NCBI GenBank assembly: GCA_009103225.1 | Contig: RHPI01002048.1 | Location: 955,906-1,019,905, forward strand | From: Chlorokybus atmophyticus | Lineage: Eukaryota; Plantae; Mesostigma and Chlorokybus algae | Length of the DNA stretch: 64,000 nt | Direction of reading: 5' to 3' | Part shown: one piece after another, positions 37,715-49,794 of the stretch | How positions within the stretch are numbered: position 1 is the stretch's first letter | Layout of the letters: the number at the start of each line of letters is the position of its first letter | Translations under genes and position numbers: made by a program | The notes under the pieces: model-generated | What the model saw: the letters and a program-made list of their open reading frames with translations, nothing else | Told to the model about the DNA's origin: nothing | Databases searched by the model: none

Positions 37715-38412
37715 GCAGCTGTAGGCACGAGTCAATCTCCCTCAATTTTGTCGTAGCTGAGAAGGTTGGTGTGATTATTGGTCAGTACAAGTCTGCTAGG
37801 CGATTGGAACTATGTTCTAGAGTACTGCTCTGATCAGATACTGATGCAGTTGTGCACTGATCAACCTCAAGCGTGGACACGTGGTGTCATCAATCCAGTG
37901 GCTTTCTGCCACTATATGGGACATAATGCAAGCCACGGCTCTGGTGAACTTGTGCAAAACTCGTCGCACAATCTGGTCATGCAAACTTGAATTCGCAACT
38001 TATGTTACTTCACCGCAAGAAGAAATATGCCCCTGAATATGGCCACCGGCATGTGAGACGGAGGTACATGGCATTCTGGTGCCAGTTGGCAACCAGCTGC
38101 CAAACAGCTACCTCAGTCAAGTCTAGTCGGTAGCACCATGAACCACTCAATCCCTAGTAACATCCGAACATTGCAGCATACCAGCGTTTGTACACAGTAA
38201 CTTATGATCTAGCAATCGTGTTGTGCAGGATGCTGGGGCGCACCATCCAAAAGGTGGTGCAACATGCTCATAACTTGTGTGTTCTAGCTGAGGTACTAGA
38301 AGTCATGCACTGACTCTGGCCACAGTCTTGGTACGCAGCGCACAACAGTATAACAACATCAACCGCAATGTACAACAACTAGGTGAATACTGAACCTGAA
38401 TCCTGCAATGTT

Positions 38413-40400
38413 TTACCTACCGCGCTGGAAGTCAACCCTAGTCCTGCCTGAACCCCCGTCATACCCATCATGGGATGTGGGCCCACCACCAGCTGCAGCC
38501 TTCATTGTACCACCACCGCCAATCTTGTCCAAGGCTCCCTGCTTGCCCTTCTTAACTGTGGTGAGGAACTGGTCGAGACCAAAGGGATCTGCCTCATCGG
38601 CATCCTTTTCAAACTCCACTGGCCCTGCCCTTGGACCTGCGGACTTGTTTGTTCCGGCAAACTCCCTGTCAGGCTTGAAGCGGTCTGTGTTGACGACTTT
38701 CTCAAGAGCATCATCACCACCATACACTTCCGAGTCAGCATCCTTCTTTGGTCGATACAGCCCTCCAACACTGGGGTGCGATCCGGCAAACAAGCCCTTG
38801 TCATACACAGTGTAGTTGTCTTCAGCGCCAAAGCCAGAGGCGATGCCCTCGTCCTGGTTGAACAGCCGCTGGTCGTACATGGCCTCGCCTCCAGTCTTGC
38901 CAACATTTGCTTGCCCGAGAGCAACCTTTTCACTGATATCTCTGTCTCTGTCGCGCGTGATCTTACTGCGCTTGCCACCGGCTGCCTCCTTGGCCTCTAA
39001 TCTGCGCTCCCTCTCGCGCTCACGCCTTCTTTCCTCACGTATGCGCTCTCGCTTCACCCTCTCTGCTCGCTCTTCTCGATCCTCCTCTTCATCCATGTCA
39101 TCACGAGCAGCAGCAGGAGCAGGGCGAGCCTCGCCTGCACTGCGAGCGGATGCTGGGATAGGCGCTGCAGCAGGCATGGCACCACCAGCACGCTCCATGC
39201 GCGCACGCTGTGCAAGGGCTCGCAGCTCAACCTCCTTGCGCTCCTTCTCCTTCAGTATCAACTCTCGTTGGATCTTGGACCGCATCTCCACAGCCTCGCG
39301 GGCTTTCTGCTCGGCCACATACAGCGCCTCGCTGAGTTTGGCAAAGTTGTCATTAATCTGCACCTCCTGCAGTCCACGACCATCTGCTGCAAGCCGCTTA
39401 TCGAGTGGGATAGTGTAACCCTTGGGGTTCTTCCAGTTACTGATACATGGTGGTATCTTCCAATCTTGTTGATCCTTCACTGTGACAGCGCGAGGGGGAG
39501 AGTGCATAACTGGCACAGGCGGAGACCCTGAACCCTTTGGCACACGCTTATGCTTGAATTTGGGTGGCTCGAGCGGATCCTTGGCAACCTCCACCATGCG
39601 AATCACCCGCTGCTTTGCTCCGCTGTTGAAGGCCTCCCCCTGTTGAGCTGGCGTGTACTTGATGTATGTGGGCTCTCCTGGCCTTGGAGCCACCGCTGCC
39701 GGCTGCGCCGCACTGATCTTCTGCTCCACCACCTTCTGAAGGGCTGCTAGTGTTCGTTGTCTGGTCGCCTCAACCTGCAAATACATGACACAGCAACGTT
39801 AACGAAGATGCAACAGTTGTTGTGTTACGTATGTCGACAGGCCGCATACGATTTAAACAAATATGCAGCCTAATGGACACGGTCAACCAACTAGCGTTAT
39901 TTTGGTAAAACGCGCAACATCACTCGAAATAACTTGCATGACATGCAAAGACATACCTCTTCCTCATCTGGTTTTGCCAGCTCTTCCTGCTTCTCACCAA
40001 CTTTTGGAACCAAAGCACGGTGCGACGAGTGAACAATTTTGCGAGCGTTTTCTCCCTGCTTGACAATGGCATCAAACGCTATATTGCCATCAGCGTCCAT
40101 GGAGAGCGGCAGCACTCCCTTGGTTGATTTGTCCTCTCCCTCCTTGCCCATCATCATTGGGTACTGCATGACATGGCATTCGGGGTAGGCGCCACCTCCC
40201 CCAAAGTCCTCTGGACGCCTGGGGAACCATCCTTGCCGCTTGCCGTAAGGCGGTATGGGCCGCGCAGGCCCAGCAGCTGAGACCTCAGCAGCAGGCGCCG
40301 CAGCAGGCTTCTCCTTGCCTAGCAGCGCCTCGGTGCTGTCGTAGACAACCGGCTGGTGCTTCGGCGCCGGCAGCGACCTCAGCAGCCCGGCCGCAGCCAT
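38413..40400 (-). CDS. SKIP: SNW/SKI-interacting protein (spliceosome component, Prp45), two exons (intron 39775-39956)
   Basis: FGGGGAYPECHVMQYP; YIKYTPAQQGEAFNSGAKQRVIRMVE; SNWKNPKGYTIPLDKRLAADGRGL; YDQRLFNQ. Confidence 0.97.
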
Positions 40401-40637
40401 GCTGCAAACACAGAACCAACCCTAGCCGCCTGCCTAGAGGATGCAGCAGCCTAAGCCTAAACGCTTCCTCAAGCAGATTGTTCCAGAGCAAAACCCAGCT
40501 GACGACAGCCTGACCACTCAGAAGCGCACAGGGTCAGCAGAAAGCCAAGACCCAAGCAACAGTAATGAGGTCGCTCTCCGTTCCGGACCGTCCACACTAC
40601 CGCCGCCGCCGCCGGCACCGCGGACGCCGCCCGTCAG

Positions 40638-40670
40638 TTAGGGTTTTGCGCGTATATGGTTTAGGGTTTT
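40638..40670 (-). promoter_or_regulatory. Two telo-box motifs (AAACCCTA) in the SKIP/PBD divergent promoter
   Basis: TTAGGGTTTT at 40638-40647 and 40661-40670, plus a partial AACCCTAG at 40418-40425. The telo-box is an established plant cis-element; its function here is inferred. Confidence 0.55.
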
Positions 40671-40897
40671 GTTGCGAGGACTCGCAGTGCAATTTCGCTG
40701 CGTGCGAGTCTGGTTGTTGCGCTTGTGTGTGGTGGTGTCCGTGGCGGTGTTGGTGGCGGCGGCGGGTGGCAGGCGGGCTGTGGCGTCGTCGATTGCGTCA
40801 GCCTGCAATCTACAAGAAGCACTGATTGCTTGAACACACACAGTTGACAGCTTGTTACTGCTGCTGCTGTTTCTGGGTTTGCCATCTTGTGTTGATC

Positions 40898-42078
40898 ATG
40901 GACTGCCTGTTTGGCCTTGTGGGCGACGGGTTCACCGTCCTGGTCGCCGACAAGAGCGCCGTACAGAGCATCGTGTTGCAAAAGACTGATGAAGACAAGG
41001 TGAGAACAGTCACATGACGCGTAGCCGAACCCTTGTGCATGCAATTGTTGTTTGTCCAAAGTTGTCCAACTTCCGACAATTTCGAGCTTTGCCGTTGACT
41101 AGCACGTGCATTCGCTGGTTTAGTCGCGGATACGTAGTAGACTTGTCGCAGATAGATAGAGTAGGATTGTTAGCTGCAAGCGCTTTCTGCGCTTGTTTCT
41201 GACATTGTTTGTTGGTTGTGCCATGCATGCTTGCGTGATGGCGAGCCGGTAGGTTATAATCTTTGCTCATAGACTCATACTCAGTGTTCCGCTCGCATGT
41301 TGATATGCACACGTGCTGAGCTTCGGTAGGTGCGTCTAGTGCTCATGCTGTGCGCCTGTGTGCAGATCATGGTGTTGGATGACCACAAGCTGATGGCCAA
41401 TTCCGGAGAAACAGGCGACCGCAATCAGTTCTGTGAGTTTGCGCAGAAGAACCTGAATCTGTACAAATACCGCAACGGCATTCCGCTGTCAACGCATGCA
41501 GCTGCACACTTCATCCGCGGTGAACTAGCTGCTGCTCTGCGCAAGGTAACAACACCACACACATCAGCGCTCATGCTCATCAATCACATATGGATGTCTG
41601 CAACGATGGGGTGACATAGTTGTGATATGTTGGGGTTTTCCAGGGTCCATACCAAGTAAACCTGCTCATTGGTGGCTATGATGCGGATGTTGGCCCATCA
41701 CTGTACTTCATGGACTACCTTGCCACAATGCACAAGCTCAACACTGCTGCGTTCGGCTATGGTAATACATGCGCTGTTGTATTTGCGCATGGCAACATGC
41801 TCCGTATGTGTGTTTCTGGGCTTCAGCGCCAAATTGGACTTTTCACAGGTGCATACTTCCTCTTGTCTCTGATGGACAAGCACTACAAGAAGAACATGAA
41901 GCTGGACGATGCGCTGAAGCTCGTAGACATGTGCATAGCAGAGGTGCGGTCGCGGTTAGTGGTTGCGCCTCCCAACTTTATCATCAAGATCGTTGACAAG
42001 GATGGGGCGCGGTTCCTTGCTTCGAGAGACACTGTCGGACCAAATGCTTTTCAGCGGCCCAACAGTGCTGCAGCGTAA
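40898..42078 (+). CDS. PBD1: 20S proteasome subunit beta type-2 (beta-4), four exons
   Basis: MDCLFGLVGDGFTVLVADKSAVQSIVLQKTDEDK|IMVLDDHKLMANSGETGDRNQF...|GPYQVNLLIGGYD...YG|AYFLLSLMDKHY... Confidence 0.96.
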
Positions 42079-42910
42079 TTGTGTGTTGCGCTGTTATTAC
42101 ATTCATTGAGTGATGGTTGTGCTGCGCGCTGCATGTAAGTCGTAAATGTACATGTCCTCCCATTTCCCATCCGGCTTGCTTTACGTGTGCACTCTCCTGC
42201 CTGACAGCGTTGGTGTTTGGGCACAAAGGTTTCATGTTGCGTTTTGCGTTTTGATGTTACTGCAATACTGACTTCACTACGCATGGCTGCATGGGGCCTG
42301 TATGAGATGTGGCCTTACCATCCTATACATTGCTGCCTCACGACAGGTTAGGCAGTTGCACCATGTCGGGTTGCGCTAAGGTGCCTTGCTCTACTGTGGA
42401 TATTCCGCCCGTGTCTGCCGGGCATGCACACACGCGACAGCGGGCATGCTTCCCGCGTTTCGCATTGGCTGTCAGCTCATGTATGGTCTAGGTCTGCCAT
42501 TGTTGCAAGCCAACTCGCCGGCCTGTGAGTATCTGCAGTCCAGACTGGGTGACTACGATGCTTCGTGTTGCAATTTGGCACTTGTGTGCAGCAGAGAACG
42601 GGTCCAACATGGCATCGCATTGTCTGGTTGGCAGCTGTTCGCAAACTCTGCAGTGGTCAATTCAATTGGCAGGCTGCCACCTTCTGTTTCCAGCTGTGTC
42701 GTCGGTTGAACTGCAGCTATCACTGCATACATTGGTGATCTACACACAGCCTGTCCATGCTGCGCCATGTATTGCTCATGCATAATTGTCTACGTCAATT
42801 CCCAGCAGTGTGTTGCTTATGGTACTGCCGATACAGCACAAGGCAGTTCTTGGTTGTTAAAGATCTTTCCTTTAGATTTTAAGACTGATGTCTGTTCAGC
42901 AACATCAATC

Positions 42911-45900
42911 TCATGCACTCCTCCGTGGTCGCTGTGGACTACTGGCCATACTAGCATATGCGCCGTCTCCGGTCTCTGCGTTGGCTCGCATGATTTCTGC
43001 CACTGCGCTCTCAACCTCCTCCCCGAGACCACACAGCCTCAAGTCCACATTTTTCAGTGTCTTGTTCTCCTCCTGATAAACAATCAAGCAGCTCAACCAC
43101 AAACCAAGACACTCAGCAACCCAATCAAGCGACGCTCCTTGACTAGGGGATAGTATGTGCTGAGTCCACTACAAGGACGAATGGACATATGCGTGTGCGC
43201 GTGTGCGTGTGCATGTGCGTGCACGCGCACAAGCACACATGCATGCACGCATGTTGCACTCTTGCTCAAGCACGCACACACACATGCATATACATGCATG
43301 CGTGCGTGTGCGCATGCACGCACACGCACACGCACACGCACACGCACACGCACACATGCACGCACGCATGTTGCACTCTTGCTCAAGCACGCACACACAT
43401 GCATATACGCGTATGCACACAGACACGCACGAACGCACGCACAGCGCCAACATCGCCACTCAATGTCTCACTTGCAGTTACACGACCACAACCTCAATGC
43501 AGGTGTCAGCAACTTCACACCCCATGCAGCTAACTCGACCCATTGTCAGACCAATTGTAAAGTAGTCCGCAACTCACCAAAGCCTCCAGCAGTTCGCGCA
43601 CAGCGTCGCCCTCCCCTCCCCCACCAAACATCCCCTCGTTGCCCGCCAGGTCGAGCTGCTCAAGGACACCGAGCCCCGCTCCTCCCCCTCCTCCTGCCCC
43701 ATCTCCGCCTCGCCCTCCTCGTGAGGACGTCGCGTGCGAGGGCGGCCGTGCGGCATCCAGGGACGCCACCAGAGCCGAGCCGGCACCGGGGCCCAAACCG
43801 TTGGCTCCCAGGTGAAGGACCTGTTGGGGAGGAATGACTCAATGAAGCGATGGTTGAAACGTGTGCGAGGGGTGTGTACAAGGCAGCGCATGCGTGCGTG
43901 CGATCGAGGGAAGTATGTGACATTGACCTGCCTTTAGTGTTGTGTTGGACTTGAGCGCCTCCAGCATGGCCTTCCCGCCTTCATCCTCTAGCCGATTCAA
44001 CCGCAATATCAGCGTCTCAAGCGTGGTGTTGGTTCTCAGCGCCCTGCCAAGCGCCTTTCCACCTGAGGCACACACGCGAGTTTGTGCTGTGTGTCACAAC
44101 ACATACTTTATCTTTCAGTAGTGCGATTACGAGCATGCCGAACATAACTCACAGACCAGGAGTCAGCAACTCACAAGACACACAATGTGTCCATGTGACC
44201 ACACCCCCTCACCTTCAGCGTGTATGTGATTGTGCGTGAGGTCAAGTGTAGCAATGGCTGGTCGCCCCGCAGCGATTAGCTTGGCGAGTGCACGCGCCCC
44301 GCGGTCTGCAAGACGGTTGTGTGCGAGGACGAGGGCGCGCAAAGGGCATCGACCCGATGCGGCCAGGCCACCGCACAGGACCTTGGCCTTGTCGTCGTCC
44401 AGACCCGCCGAGGTGAGGTCCAGCCGAGCCAGAGCGGGTAGACCACCCGAGCACATAGCGGCGGATAGCGAAACAGCGCAGTCGCCAGCACGCGCGCCGG
44501 CGTGGGGGACCGTGTAGCTCACGCGGAGACTTGTCAACCTGCCATGCAAAGAAGATGGTGCTGATATGCGAGGGGTGGAGTACACAATTGGGCCGACGTG
44601 CGGAACTGGTGACAGTGAGCACACACTCCACAGACAAGGTGTGTCGTGAGTCTCTAGGGACAGAGTTGCATATGGAGCTCGACAACAACAGCATCAAGAA
44701 CAGCAAAACAAACAGCAGCAAGTGTTGATTTTGTTGTTGTAACTGTTGTGATTGTTGTCATCACCCAGCATCCATCCATACACACTACACTTCAAAGTAG
44801 CATGGTATACAGCGGACTGTGTCTGCAATGGATGCAGGAAGCAGTGACTCGAGCACACACACAATGCAGAATGCCACCTACTACTGCCCCGCTCACTGTG
44901 GCAGGAGAACAAGGGACAGGTCAGCGTGCGGAGGCAGCCGCGCTAAGTCCAGGCCCCGCACCCACCGCGCCGACGCCACTGCCAATGCCCGCACCTCCTC
45001 CGCCGCGCGCACGCTGGCCGCCGCGGCTGAGGAGGATGCTGGCGCGGAGGTTGGGGACGCCGGGGAAGACGATGGATCGGCTGGTAGACTGCGGGAGAGA
45101 AAATGGTTGGTGAATGTGCGTTATTACGGGGGGGGGGCGGGAGTGTGCCTGCCCGTGTTGGTGTGCACATGTGAGTGTGCGCCTGTGCGCGTGCATGTGT
45201 ATGCGTGCATCTTCTGCAACAGCGATAGTCTGCACATTGACTACCACTCACTTCTCCAGCGCAGCCTCGAGGTTCTTCTCAAACCACAGCTGCTTCCAGC
45301 TTCCAGCGCTACTGCTTGCGCCACCATTGTTGCCAGCACCGCCATTGCCACCGGCACAAACACTGACCACGCCATTGCTTGCGCCATCCGCGCCATGACA
45401 GCGCACAAGGGGCCCAAAGTCGGCGCGGGCCCTCCGCTTCCAGTACGACTCCTCGTGCACGATCTAGCAAGAACACCATCAACGACAATAACTACCACAA
45501 CAGCAACAACGACAACGACGGCCACCAACAACAACGAAGCAACTATATCAACATCAACATGAACATCGTTATTATGTTCACCAACATTGTTATGATGATC
45601 ACCATTGATTGCTTACTGTGCCGGCGAGTTGGGGAGGCAGGTCTAGGGGCAGGCGGTCGGTGATCTCGCGAACATACTGCGCAGGAAGGTCGCGAAAACC
45701 TGGCTTTGCCTGCAGTAAAGAAGGTGGTAGGTATACAATTATCATCCATCCTTGTGGGTGCAGCAACATCAACTGTGACATGTACCTGGAAGTTGGCGGC
45801 GACGGTGTTGACGCAGAGGTCCACAAGCGGCGTCACGAAGCGCTTCACTTCCGGCGGCGTACGCTTGATGCTCACGGCTACATGCATGCATGTGAGCGCA

Positions 45901-46389
45901 TGCGTGAGATCAGACGGAGGTGCACACGAGGCTTTGCACTTGCGGGCGTGCATGTGCATCCTGAACAAATATTACAGTGTTGCTGTCACACATATTATCA
46001 GCTCACCTTTTGGGACTGGCGTATGGCCAACCGGACCACCCCGCCCCCTGTCGCTCTGCTCATCACAGCCATCGACCACACAGAGTAAGCTAATTGCTTT
46101 GGTAGTTCTGATCTCAAAACCTTTAACGCTACATAGATTCCTTCACTCATCAAGCGAGATGAGGTTTGCATGCGACACAGTGTTCACCAATCAGGGGCAG
46201 TTGCCTTGTATTACTTGCCTTATTGGTGGCGACGGAGGCGGCGTGCTCCCGGGCTGTCGTGGCCGGCGGAGTCGGCGAGTTTACCGTGCTCATGGGCGGC
46301 GGAGTGGATGACACCGACGGCGCCGCCGATGTCGACGCCGGCGGAGCTGCCGCCGCCGCTGTCGCCGGCGGCTCCACCTCGGTGCTCAT
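42911..46389 (-). CDS. DRC5: Dynein regulatory complex subunit 5 (TCTE1-like LRR protein), multi-exon; first intron predicted GC-AG
   Basis: PLVDLCVNTVAANF; LPAQYVREITDRLPLDLP; EESYWKRR...SWKQLWFEKNL; RNI-like LRRs (LDLTSAGLDDDKAKVL, LVLAHNRLADRGARAL, LILRLNRLEDEGGKAML). Exon phases work only with exon 1 = 46389-46219 and an AAG|GCAAGT donor. Confidence 0.8.
43185..43445. repeat. Intronic alternating purine-pyrimidine tract containing a duplicated ~55-bp unit
   Basis: GCATGTTGCACTCTTGCTCAAGCACGCACACACA-TGCATATAC occurs twice (near 43248 and near 43366), separated by (CACACG)n. Confidence 0.85.
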
Positions 46390-46864
46390 TGCACTTATCA
46401 AAAACCACCCAACTGGTCACCTCATCTATCACTCATTCGGTCAACAATAAAAACTGGATCCCCTTTTCAGCGACACGCACACATGCAGCTACACCCCCAG
46501 CGACACCGCCGCCGTCGCCGCCAGCCCTACGCCCACAAATAACTAATGCGCACGTGAGATTCGTCGCGTCGATATCGGAGTTGGCGCTGTTATAGAGCCA
46601 ACTCGACTCTGCATGCAGAGGCAAAAGTCAGCACAGTGTCACGTTTCCTCAGAGGATTCCGTCCGATACTGAATCGGTCACCGCGCGTGGCAAGCGGATA
46701 TCTGTAGCAATGACAGATATCTGCTTGTCGCTTCGTGGCAGGAGAAAGTATGTCAGCGAAGACGATGACCAAGTCCTCTTGCGGCTAAGTCCTGGAGCAG
46801 GCGGCGGCGGCGGGGTTGAGGGCGGCGGCGTGGTTTTCCCGGTTGTTCGGGAGCTTCAGCGAGG

Positions 46865-49487
46865 ATGAGGGTTGGTGTACTGCTGGCGCATGTGGCGAAG
46901 AGAGGAGCTGGAATAAGGGGTTTGTCGTCCGTACGGTGCTTGACGTCGTCCTCGGCGGTGACAGCCAGCAGTAGCAGCAGTGAGGCGGCGGCGGCTACTG
47001 CGCCGCCGGCGCCACCTAGCAGCAGCGAGGAGGTCATAGAGCTTGAGGAGCACTACAGCGCCCACAAGTGAGTGCTGTTGCAGGGCGTTTTCCGTTGTCA
47101 ACCGAGCAGTTTGAATATATGCAGGTGCTAGCCATTTTTGCGAATGCGCAGTCAGTTGGCATTAGGTCAAGCGGTCTTGCCTTGGTCCATCGTCAGGTTG
47201 ATAGGCTGACTACCCTGTGGAAAGCTTGAAACATCTTGTAGCTGCAGCTAGTTTTGCCTAACGACCTAATTCACTCCAGTTTGCTTGTGACACGGTTCTG
47301 ATTTGCAACAGAGGCTCTGTTTGTTGGCAGAAAAGTTGACATGCATGTGCTTGTGTCTGCATTTGATACAGTGCCAAGGTTGTGATACAGCAACAAGCAT
47401 GCCCAAATCGGAGGTTGTAGTTTCTGTGTGCTTCGCTGTGCAGGAGGAATAGCGACCTATGCAATGTACAGATAGGTTCTGCAGCGCGTGGTATGATGGC
47501 TAATAAATAAAACTCACAACTGACCTATCAACATACAGCTATCATCCCATCCCCGCCGTGTACGCCAAGGCAAAAGGCGTGCATGTATGGGATCCAGAAG
47601 GCAACCGCTATCTCGACTTCTTGAGCGCGTACTCTGCAGTGAACCAGGTGAGATTGTGCGCTTGTATTGGTGTGGTCGCATGCGCGCGTTTATTCATCTA
47701 CGCTGCTAGTTCACAGGGCCATTGGCGTGCCCATATGTGTGTGTTACACAGGGCCATTGCCATCCGAAGATCCTGTCGGCATTGCATGAGCAGGCTGAGT
47801 ATGTGACACTCAGCAGCCGAGCGTTCTACAACTCGCGGTTCCCTCCCATGGCCAAGTACCTCACGAAGCTGTTCGGCTACGACATGCTGCTTCCTATGAA
47901 CAGCGGCGCTGAGGTATGCACTCTTAGCTGATGTTAGAGCAGGTTCTGGGCAAGAGCAAGTCATGGTAGGTTGTTAGACTTGTAAAACCATTTCGTTATG
48001 GCTTGGTGACTGCAATGTGGGCGCCTGCCAGGCAGTTGAGACGGCACTGAAGCTTGCGCGCAAGTGGGGCTACTTGACAAAGGCCATACCACAAGATCAG
48101 GCGCTCATCGTGTCGTGTTGCAACTGCTTTCACGGCAGGACACTCGGTGCCGTCTCGATGAGTTGCGATCCAGAAGCAACCGCAGACTTTGGACCGCCAG
48201 TGCCAGGCATGCTGAAGGTTGATTTTGGTGACAGCGCCGCCCTTGCTCGTGTGTTTGAAGGTACTGGCAGAGTGCACGTTGTGTGCTTAGGTGAGCAGGT
48301 TGTGAGAGCGGGCAAGGGCGGCATTGTGATGATTGCTTACCACAGAGCATGGAGACCGCATTGCTGCGTTTCTGTTCGAGCCGATACAAGGCGAAGCAGG
48401 CGTCGTTGTTCCACCTGAAGGCTACTTGCGCGATGTCCGAAGATTGTGCACGCAGCACAACATTCTAATGATGGCTGACGAGGTATGGCATGTGGATGGG
48501 ATTGCAAGTGTGCAGCCGGGTCATGGTTGACGCACTAAGTTGGTCTATGGCAGGTACAAACAGGCATTGCCAGGACAGGCAAGATGGTTGCTGTTGAGCA
48601 TGAAAATGTCAAGCCAGACGTGCTGATTCTGGGCAAGGCGCTTTCCGGCGGTGTTCTGCCTGTCAGTGCTGTTCTGGCCGACGCACCGGTCATGTCATTG
48701 TTTCAGGTACTAGATAAAGTCAGTGTGTTGCAAGAGAGTAGCACAGGTCATTATGGAAGTGTTACCAAGCCTGTCCCCCTGTTGCAGCCCAATCAACATG
48801 GGAGCACTTTTGGCGGCAATCCCCTCGCCAGTGCAGTCACGGTTGCTGCAATGCAAGTTGTGGTTGAAGAGCGTTTAGCTGAACGCGCTCAGGTAATCTG
48901 GATAAACGTTTACTGCTTTCTGCAACTGACACAGCATGCAGCTTTGGCAATGTTGGCAACCGGGGCTCAACACATGTTGATGTGGGTAAACTATCCTACA
49001 GAACCTGGGAGTTGAGTTCAGGCAAATGCTTGCGGGTGTACAGCAAGCAGCACCTGATTTGGTGAAGTTAGTGCGCGGCAAGGGTTTGCTGAATGCGCTT
49101 GTCATGGACAAGCAGAATTGTGCCCGTATGGGTGTGCAAGCATGGGACGTGTGCATGCGACTCAAAGAGCGCGGCATTTTGGCCAAGCCAACTCACAGGC
49201 ACATCATCCGCTTGACCCCTCCCCTCGTCATCAGGTAACCATAATGCATTCTGCATGGACAGGGCTGAGCAGCAGGTTGCATGCCCGAAAGAGAGTGACT
49301 TGTCTCACCTGTTGACTCACTACTTACTCCTCATTTGCACAGTCGCGAGCAACTTCAGCAAGCGGCAGACGCATTGACCGCCACCCTTACCACCGATGTA
49401 CCCTGGCTGCAGAAGCAGTCAGCACAGCGGCCACCAGCACCACCTGCACAGCCCTGCCTGCGCTGCGGACGGGTGCGAGCGCCATAA
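46865..49487 (+). CDS. OAT: Ornithine delta-aminotransferase (mitochondrial), multi-exon
   Basis: EEHYSAH|NYHPIP; [13 protein letters not shown]|GHCHPKI; NSGAE|[14 protein letters not shown]; [12 protein letters not shown]; ADE|VQTGIARTG; LGKALSGG (PLP Lys); [11 protein letters not shown]; plant-like C-terminal CLRCGR. Stop TAA 49485-49487. Confidence 0.96.
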
Positions 49488-49794
49488 AGCTGGCAACAGC
49501 ACTCCTGCAGTGTGCACTAGTGCCACATTATGCCCAAAGCATGCTGTGGTGATGGACTACACGCTCAGGTCCTGCCTGGACCAAAGTTTTGTTTTGAGTA
49601 ATAGTGCAGTGACACCAGTCTGTTGCGAGTGTGCACCCCACTGGGGTCTCGGTTTTGTTAGTATAGGTTCTAGTAATACAGTCTGGTAACTATCAGCGTT
49701 GCTAAGCATGTCAATAAATGTAATGGCGTCAACTACAATGGAACATCTACCCGCACCAAGATTTGATTTGAATTTCCAAGGCTCTGATCAGTTC

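Noticed and set aside
38408-39750. Several plus-strand ORFs of 66-176 aa opposite SKIP
   Set aside because: Antisense shadows of a GC-rich conserved coding exon, with no recognisable motifs.
40638-40670. Interstitial telomere or chromosome-fusion scar
   Set aside because: Only isolated single units are present, not a tandem TTTAGGG array. They are treated as telo-boxes.
43093-43565. Cys/His/Ala-rich ORFs resembling metal-binding peptides (also near 3960-4170 and 33840-34430)
   Set aside because: They are translations of intronic CA/TG repeats.
46021-46063. ATG 46063 as the DRC5 start
   Set aside because: Its frame ends in phase 0, but the next exon needs phase 1. The upstream exon with a GC donor fits instead.
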